Shown one piece after another: positions 59,089-64,000 of a DNA stretch of 64,000 bases. This DNA comes from Candidatus Sericytochromatia bacterium. Its GTDB lineage: Bacteria; Cyanobacteriota; Sericytochromatia; S15B-MN24; UBA4093. A program made the translations under genes and the position numbers. The stretch lies in assembly GCA_036676495.1 (NCBI GenBank), contig JAKFCT010000028.1, forward strand, positions 128,001 through 192,000, in the 5' to 3' direction. The notes under the pieces are model-generated. The model was given only the letters and a program-made list of their open reading frames with translations, ran no database searches and was not told where the DNA came from. Within the stretch, counting starts at the first letter, position 1, and each line of letters begins with the position of its first letter.

Positions 59089-60347
59089 TGAGAGACTCCT
59101 GTCACACCCATCGCGCGCTGCAGATCGGCGATGGCAAGGTGGTAGCTGGTTTGCGCGCGGACCCAATCGGCATGAGCCGTCGCGAGAAGGGATTGGGCAT
59201 CGGCGACCTCGATGATCGAGCCGACCCCCGCCCGATAGCGCCCTTGCGCCTGAGCGAGGTTCGCGCGCGCCGCCTCCAGGGCGGCTTTGGCCGCGGGCAC
59301 CCGCTCCTTCGAGCCCTCGAGGGCAAGATAGGCGTTGTCCACGTCACGCAAGACATCCAGGCGGCGCGACTCCAGGTTGGCCTTCACCGAGGCCTCCTGG
59401 CCCTCGGCCGCGCGAACCTGGCTGTTCACCGCCGGAGAGAACAACGGCCAGGTCATGGTCACGCCGGCCGACCAGTTCGGCGCCCCGACCGCATTCCGGG
59501 AGCGCAGTCCGTAGCTGGCATCCGCGCTCAAATCGGGGTTGCCGGAAGCCTTGGCGGCCTGGCGCGACGCCGCCGCCTGCTCGACCTGGGCCTGGACCGT
59601 TCTCAAGGTGGGATGCTTGAGCGCCATGCCCTCGAGCTCGAGAAGCGAACGCCGCGCCAGCTCCGGCTCGGCCGGAAAATTCGGCTCCCCGGCGACCAGA
59701 TCCGTCTGACCGATCGCCGCGCTCAGCGACCGACGCGCCTGGGCCGTCGTGGCCTTCGCCCCCGCGAGCGCCGCCTTGGCCTGCGCCAAGGTTGCCTGCG
59801 CCCGCGTCACGTCCAGCTGCGCGCTCAACCCCGCCTTGACCCGGGCCTGGGCCTCGCTCAAGGTCGTCTCGGCCACCCGAACCTGCTCGCCGGCCTGCGC
59901 CTGCAGGCCCGTGGCCTGCACCCAGTTCAGATATGCCTGCCGCACACCATAGGCAACCTCGACGGCACGCAGGTCCGCCTGCGCGACGGCCGCCTCCGTC
60001 TGAGCCTCTGCCTGCTGGGTGGCGGCGCTACGCTTTCCGAACGTCCAGAGCGACTGCCGCAGCGTGACGCTCGTGCTTCCGAGACTGAAGGGATCCGTCG
60101 AAAGCTGGCCCGGCGAGACGCTCGTCGTCTGAGACAAGCCCGCGTTGAGTCCCACCTGAGGCAAGTAACCGGAACGCGCGACCCCCTCGAACTCCTGCTG
60201 AGCCGAAGCGGCAGCCTTGGCGGCATGGAGCGTGGGGGACTGCGACAGGGCCCGCGCGACCAGATCCTCCATCGCCACCGGAGCGGCAAAAGCGGGAGCG
60301 GCCACGGACACCAGGAGCATGGCGAGTATGGGCAAGGGCGGTTTCAT
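59085..60347 (-). CDS. TolC-family outer membrane protein
   Basis: signal peptide, YLPQVGL, WPLF, RYRAGVGS..EV.DAQ. Confidence 0.9.
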   Translation of the reverse strand: MKPPLPILAMLLVSVAAPAFAAPVAMEDLVARALSQSPTLHAAKAAASAQQEFEGVARSGYLPQVGLNAGLSQTTSVSPGQLSTDPFSLGSTSVTLRQSLWTFGKRSAATQQAEAQTEAAVAQADLRAVEVAYGVRQAYLNWVQATGLQAQAGEQVRVAETTLSEAQARVKAGLSAQLDVTRAQATLAQAKAALAGAKATTAQARRSLSAAIGQTDLVAGEPNFPAEPELARRSLLELEGMALKHPTLRTVQAQVEQAAASRQAAKASGNPDLSADASYGLRSRNAVGAPNWSAGVTMTWPLFSPAVNSQVRAAEGQEASVKANLESRRLDVLRDVDNAYLALEGSKERVPAAKAALEAARANLAQAQGRYRAGVGSIIEVADAQSLLATAHADWVRAQTSYHLAIADLQRAMGVTGVSQ

Positions 60348-60474
60348 GAAACTACCTTTCTAGGCGCAGGAGCAGCTGCCCCAGACATGATTACCGACGT
60401 AGCGGGCAAAAAGTTTCAACCTTGGCCCAGCGATTTCCACGCCGCTCATGAGGTTCCCCGGCGAACGCGCCTTT

Positions 60475-60614
60475 GCGCCCGCGGCTGTTTCGAAGCGCCA
60501 GCGGCTTTTGCAGTAAAGCGTAGCTGACCTGTAGAAACGATAGGCTTAGAATCGCGGCTGTTTCGAAGCGCCAGCGGCTTTTGCAGTAAAGCGTCGCTGA
60601 CCTGTAGAAACGAT
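60475..60614 (+). repeat. structured dispersed repeat, tandem copies C and D (62-bp direct repeat, 1 mismatch, 73-bp period)
   Basis: 60480-60541 and 60553-60614 both read CGCGGCTGTTTCGAAGCGCCAGCGGCTTTTGCAGTAAAGCGT(A/C)GCTGACCTGTAGAAACGAT. Confidence 0.9.
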
Positions 60615-60714
60615 CGGAAACCAGCATGATAGCAGAAGGCCGGGTGCCCCTGGTCAGGGACATCCGGCCTCCGGCGCGATACGCGGAAACGCCACGTTAT
60701 ACGATGCGCTCGAC

Positions 60715-62091
60715 CTATCCTCGTTCGGGAAGCACCCACCGCTTGAGGCGCTCACCCCAGTTCCGGGCGGGCAGCGGCCGCTCGTAGTCGCGGGGCCCCG
60801 GCTCAGCCGGAATGCTGGTCTTCCAATCGGCCTCGAAGATGGCCGCGTCGAGGCGCGCCACCTGCGACGCATCATCGACGCCGATACCGACTTCGCGGGA
60901 GAAAGCCCAGGCCTGGTTGTCCATGTTCTGGGAGCCCACGTAGGCCCATTGCCCATCCACCGAGAGGTACTTGGTATGGGAATCCGCGGGGGTCTTGCCG
61001 TCCTCGGCGAACCAGCGCAAATCGACGTTCCGCCGCGCCTCCTCGGGAAGCTGGGCCCAGAAGCGCAAGACGGCCTCGTTCGAGGAGCGATCGATGACCG
61101 GGCCGATGGCCTTGAAATTCTGAGGCAGCAGGATCTGGACCTTCACCCCGCGCGCGGCGGCCGCCTCGATGCCGTCCCAGACCCGGATATCGTTGAGGTT
61201 GGGGGACATGACCCGCATGGAATGCTTGGCCGCGCCCATGGCGGCGATCAGGCCCTGGTCGGCGTCGTTGCCGGTGTAGTCTCCCCGCCAGGCGATCCCT
61301 TCCTTGGTCAGCATGGTGATCGGCACCTGCGGCTGGGTCGAGGGAAGCTCCGGTCCCCGGCGGTGCGTCGGCGGCTTTGAAGTGCCGTTCAGCCAGCGCT
61401 TGGAGCTGGCCCAGGCCTGATCGAAGTCGCTGAGCATGGCCTCGACCACGGGCCCGCGCAAGCGCACCATCACGTCACGCTCCGTCGGGTTGTCGATGTT
61501 GTCCCCGCCGATGATGGCCTCCCGGCCGTCCACCACGAACATCTTGGTATGGTTGGACTTCCGGGTCGCCGGCCCCGCGTAATACGCCACCTGGGCCTCG
61601 ACACCGGCTTCCTTCAAGGCTTTCTCCAGCGTCTTGCCGACAGGAATGAGGTCCCGGTTGAACGCGATGTAGACCTTGAAGTCGGGATTGCTTTGCTGCT
61701 TCTTCGCCAGGGCTTCGAGCAAGCGCTGGGCGGCGTCCGTCTGAGGCTTGAAGTAGAAGGTCTGGATGCTGAGCTCGTACTGGGCCGACTCCAGCAGCGC
61801 GATCACCTGGGTCACGGCCTCGTCCTCGGCATCCGTATCGTTGATCCAGATCTCCTCGATGGAGCCCTGGGTGAAGACGCGCGCGCGATCCACCGTGCCG
61901 TTGCCGGTCTCGAAAACCGCGCGGTTGACGGCGGTCCCCACGTCCGATCGCCCCGTCGGGTACGTCCGAACCCGGGTATCCGCCCCGAGCAGGCCTTCGA
62001 CGCTCGCACGCGTTCCGGCCGCCCGGGCCGCAAGCGGGACGCTCGGAGTCGTACGAACGCGGGATTCGCGGGAAATGCTCAAGTCTGCCAT
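60715..62091 (-). CDS. phospholipase D family protein
   Basis: two HKD motifs: HTKMFVVDG...GGDN and HTKYLSVDG...GSQN. Confidence 0.9.
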   Translation of the reverse strand: MADLSISRESRVRTTPSVPLAARAAGTRASVEGLLGADTRVRTYPTGRSDVGTAVNRAVFETGNGTVDRARVFTQGSIEEIWINDTDAEDEAVTQVIALLESAQYELSIQTFYFKPQTDAAQRLLEALAKKQQSNPDFKVYIAFNRDLIPVGKTLEKALKEAGVEAQVAYYAGPATRKSNHTKMFVVDGREAIIGGDNIDNPTERDVMVRLRGPVVEAMLSDFDQAWASSKRWLNGTSKPPTHRRGPELPSTQPQVPITMLTKEGIAWRGDYTGNDADQGLIAAMGAAKHSMRVMSPNLNDIRVWDGIEAAAARGVKVQILLPQNFKAIGPVIDRSSNEAVLRFWAQLPEEARRNVDLRWFAEDGKTPADSHTKYLSVDGQWAYVGSQNMDNQAWAFSREVGIGVDDASQVARLDAAIFEADWKTSIPAEPGPRDYERPLPARNWGERLKRWVLPERG

Positions 62092-62320
62092 GGCCGGTGA
62101 AACCTCCTCGGGGCCGCCCCCATGTCTTCATCGGGGCGATCGCCCCGGATCTTTCCTCGATCGGCGTTTTCAGCCCCTCGGAGCGAATCGGCTTTTGCTC
62201 GTGTTATGATCCGGGCTACTCGGGCTTTGCACCTGTCCCGCTTCCAATCCCCCGGCAATTCCCGCGGATTGCCCACCGTTTCGAATCGCGAGATTACTCG
62301 CCTAGACAGATCGAGGACCT

Positions 62321-62632
62321 ATGAACTCCGTCTCCAACTCACCCTCTCCCGTCCTGCGCTGGTTCCATGCCATCGCCGTCGCCGAAGGCTACAGCTACCT
62401 CTTGCTGCTCTTCATCGCGATGCCCCTCAAGTACATGGCCGGCATGCCCCTGGCCGTGAAAATCGCCGGCTCGCTGCACGGCGGCCTCTTCATCGCGTAC
62501 GTGGTCGGGGCCGTCTTCCTCTTCACCCACGCGAAGTGGCCCCTGGACCGGATCCCCGGCCTCTTCTACGCCGCCGTCCTGCCCTTCGGCACCTTCGTGC
62601 TCGAGCGGAAGTGGCTGCGCGAGCGCGCCTGA
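62321..62632 (+). CDS. DUF3817 membrane protein
   Basis: AEGYSYLLLLFIAMPLKY, HGGLFIAY, LPFGTF. Confidence 0.9.
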   Translation: MNSVSNSPSPVLRWFHAIAVAEGYSYLLLLFIAMPLKYMAGMPLAVKIAGSLHGGLFIAYVVGAVFLFTHAKWPLDRIPGLFYAAVLPFGTFVLERKWLRERA

Positions 62633-62725
62633 GCCGAATCGCGCCCACCCGGAATCCACTCCCCGAATCCCGGGGTTTTCTTGCCCGAGCCCGGCAATCT
62701 CTCGTTATTGCCGTATAATAAGCGT

Positions 62726-63145
62726 ATGGCAGCCCCGTTTTTCGTGACCCGCGACTCCTCGAGAGGCCCGGTGCCGACTGGCATCGAGCCTCGCTGGATC
62801 CGTGCGCTCCTGGCGCTGGCCGTCACGATGCTGCTCTCGGTGCTGCCGTTCAAGGCCCCCTCCGTGAGTCCGCTCGTCCCCACGACTCCCCTCGGGGAGA
62901 CCGAACACGTCGCGGACGCCGCCTCCATGGAGCGCGCGGAGCTCTCTTCGGCTCCCGCCATCCTCAAGGTCGCCAAGAACTCCAACCGCAAGTCCTGGGG
63001 GGGCGACCTGCACCTGGCCGCCGGAAAGGCCTCTCCTTCCGAGCGCAAGACCCCGGCGGATCTACGCCGCCCGGACCTGCGCGACGGGCGTATCGCCCGC
63101 TCCCCTCCTCGTCTCCGGTTACGCGATCCGCCTCATCACGCCTAG
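62726..63145 (+). CDS. hypothetical membrane-anchored protein ending RDPPHHA (possible arrest peptide)
   Basis: TATAAT 6 nt before ATG 62726; one TM segment; C-terminal RSPP...RDPP. Confidence 0.55.
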   Translation: MAAPFFVTRDSSRGPVPTGIEPRWIRALLALAVTMLLSVLPFKAPSVSPLVPTTPLGETEHVADAASMERAELSSAPAILKVAKNSNRKSWGGDLHLAAGKASPSERKTPADLRRPDLRDGRIARSPPRLRLRDPPHHA

Positions 63146-63230
63146 CCACGCGTGACATCCGCCCTTCCGGCGGGGGTCGGGCGAGGCTTTGGCCTAGGCG
63201 TGACTAAAGTAACCATAGACGAGGATTGAG

Positions 63231-64000
63231 ATGCCACCAATCGAGCAGATTCTCCTGGGAGTCGCCCTCCTCCTCCTCCTCAGCATCGTCGCGAGCAAAG
63301 CGTCCGGACGGCTGGGAGTTCCCGCGCTGGTGATCTTCATGATCATCGGCATGCTCTCGGGTTCCGAAGGACCCGGCAAGATTTACTTCGACAACTTCGC
63401 CCAAGCCCAGTCGCTCGGGGTGCTGGCCCTGGCCCTGATCCTCTTCGCCGGCGGCCTCGACACCCAGTGGAAGGAAGTCCGCCCCGTGTTGGGCCAGTCC
63501 CTCATCCTCTCCACCCTGGGAGTGCTGATGACGGCAGGCTTGGTCGGGTGGTTCGCGTCCACCGCGCTCGGCATCTCGCTGCTCGAAGGCCTCTTGCTCG
63601 GCTCCATCGTCTCCTCGACCGATGCCGCCGCCGTCTTCTCCGTCATGCGATCGCGCAGCGTCTCGCTCAAAGGCAACCTGAAACCGCTGCTCGAACTGGA
63701 ATCCGGCAGCAACGACCCCATGGCCGTCTTCCTCACGGTCGGCATCATCGGGCTCCTGAGCAAGCCAGGCGGCACGATGCTCGATCTGATCCCCGCCTTC
63801 TTCATGCAGATGTCCATCGGCGCCGTTGCCGGCTACCTGCTCGGCCGCCTGGCCATCCTCCTCATCAACAAGATCAACCTGGAATACGAGGGCCTGTATC
63901 CGGTCCTCACCTTGGCCTACGTCCTCTTCGGCTATGCCGCGACCACGCTCATCGGAGGCAACGGCTTCCTCGCCGTCTACATCGTCGGCCTCGTCATGGC
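63231..64000 (+). CDS. cvrA: K+/H+ antiporter (CvrA/NhaP2 family), truncated by the window end
   Basis: translated by hand from ATG 63231: RLGVPAL...[37 protein letters not shown]. Confidence 0.9.
   Translation, partial: MPPIEQILLGVALLLLLSIVASKASGRLGVPALVIFMIIGMLSGSEGPGKIYFDNFAQAQSLGVLALALILFAGGLDTQWKEVRPVLGQSLILSTLGVLMTAGLVGWFASTALGISLLEGLLLGSIVSSTDAAAVFSVMRSRSVSLKGNLKPLLELESGSNDPMAVFLTVGIIGLLSKPGGTMLDLIPAFFMQMSIGAVAGYLLGRLAILLINKINLEYEGLYPVLTLAYVLFGYAATTLIGGNGFLAVYIVGLVM

Noticed and set aside
60480-60614. CRISPR array
   Set aside because: Only two units, 62-bp repeat with an 11-bp spacer, and no cas genes in the window.

Overview
GC-rich chromosomal region of a diderm bacterium, densely coding (about 54 CDS). 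Cyanobacteria-like PetH, NifJ and SagB-family proteins without any photosynthesis genes suggest a non-photosynthetic relative of Cyanobacteria such as Sericytochromatia; this is inference only. Contents: signalling proteins (GAF-GGDEF, two orphan histidine kinases, a cNMP-binding protein), many transporters (MFS, DMT, ABC-2, a CzcCBA-type and an MdtABC-type RND system, a K+/H+ antiporter), tandem DEAD-box helicases, a redox block (pntAB, PFOR, plant/cyanobacterial-type FNR, ferredoxin, hemerythrin) and housekeeping enzymes. I saw no rRNA, tRNA, CRISPR array, transposase or integrase. The most interesting signals are not ordinary genes: (1) a dispersed family of 60-90 bp imperfect hairpins with compensatory base changes (27718, 33863, 60475 and 60553 in tandem, a partial inverted copy at 21020, plus end-only copies), two of which bracket the czc operon as direct repeats; (2) a candidate minus-strand structured ncRNA at 14059-14179; (3) a switch-like leader ahead of the DEAD-box operon; (4) a possible RxPP ribosome-arrest ORF ahead of the K+/H+ antiporter; (5) three effector-like proteins. 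All calls were made by eye, with no database searches.
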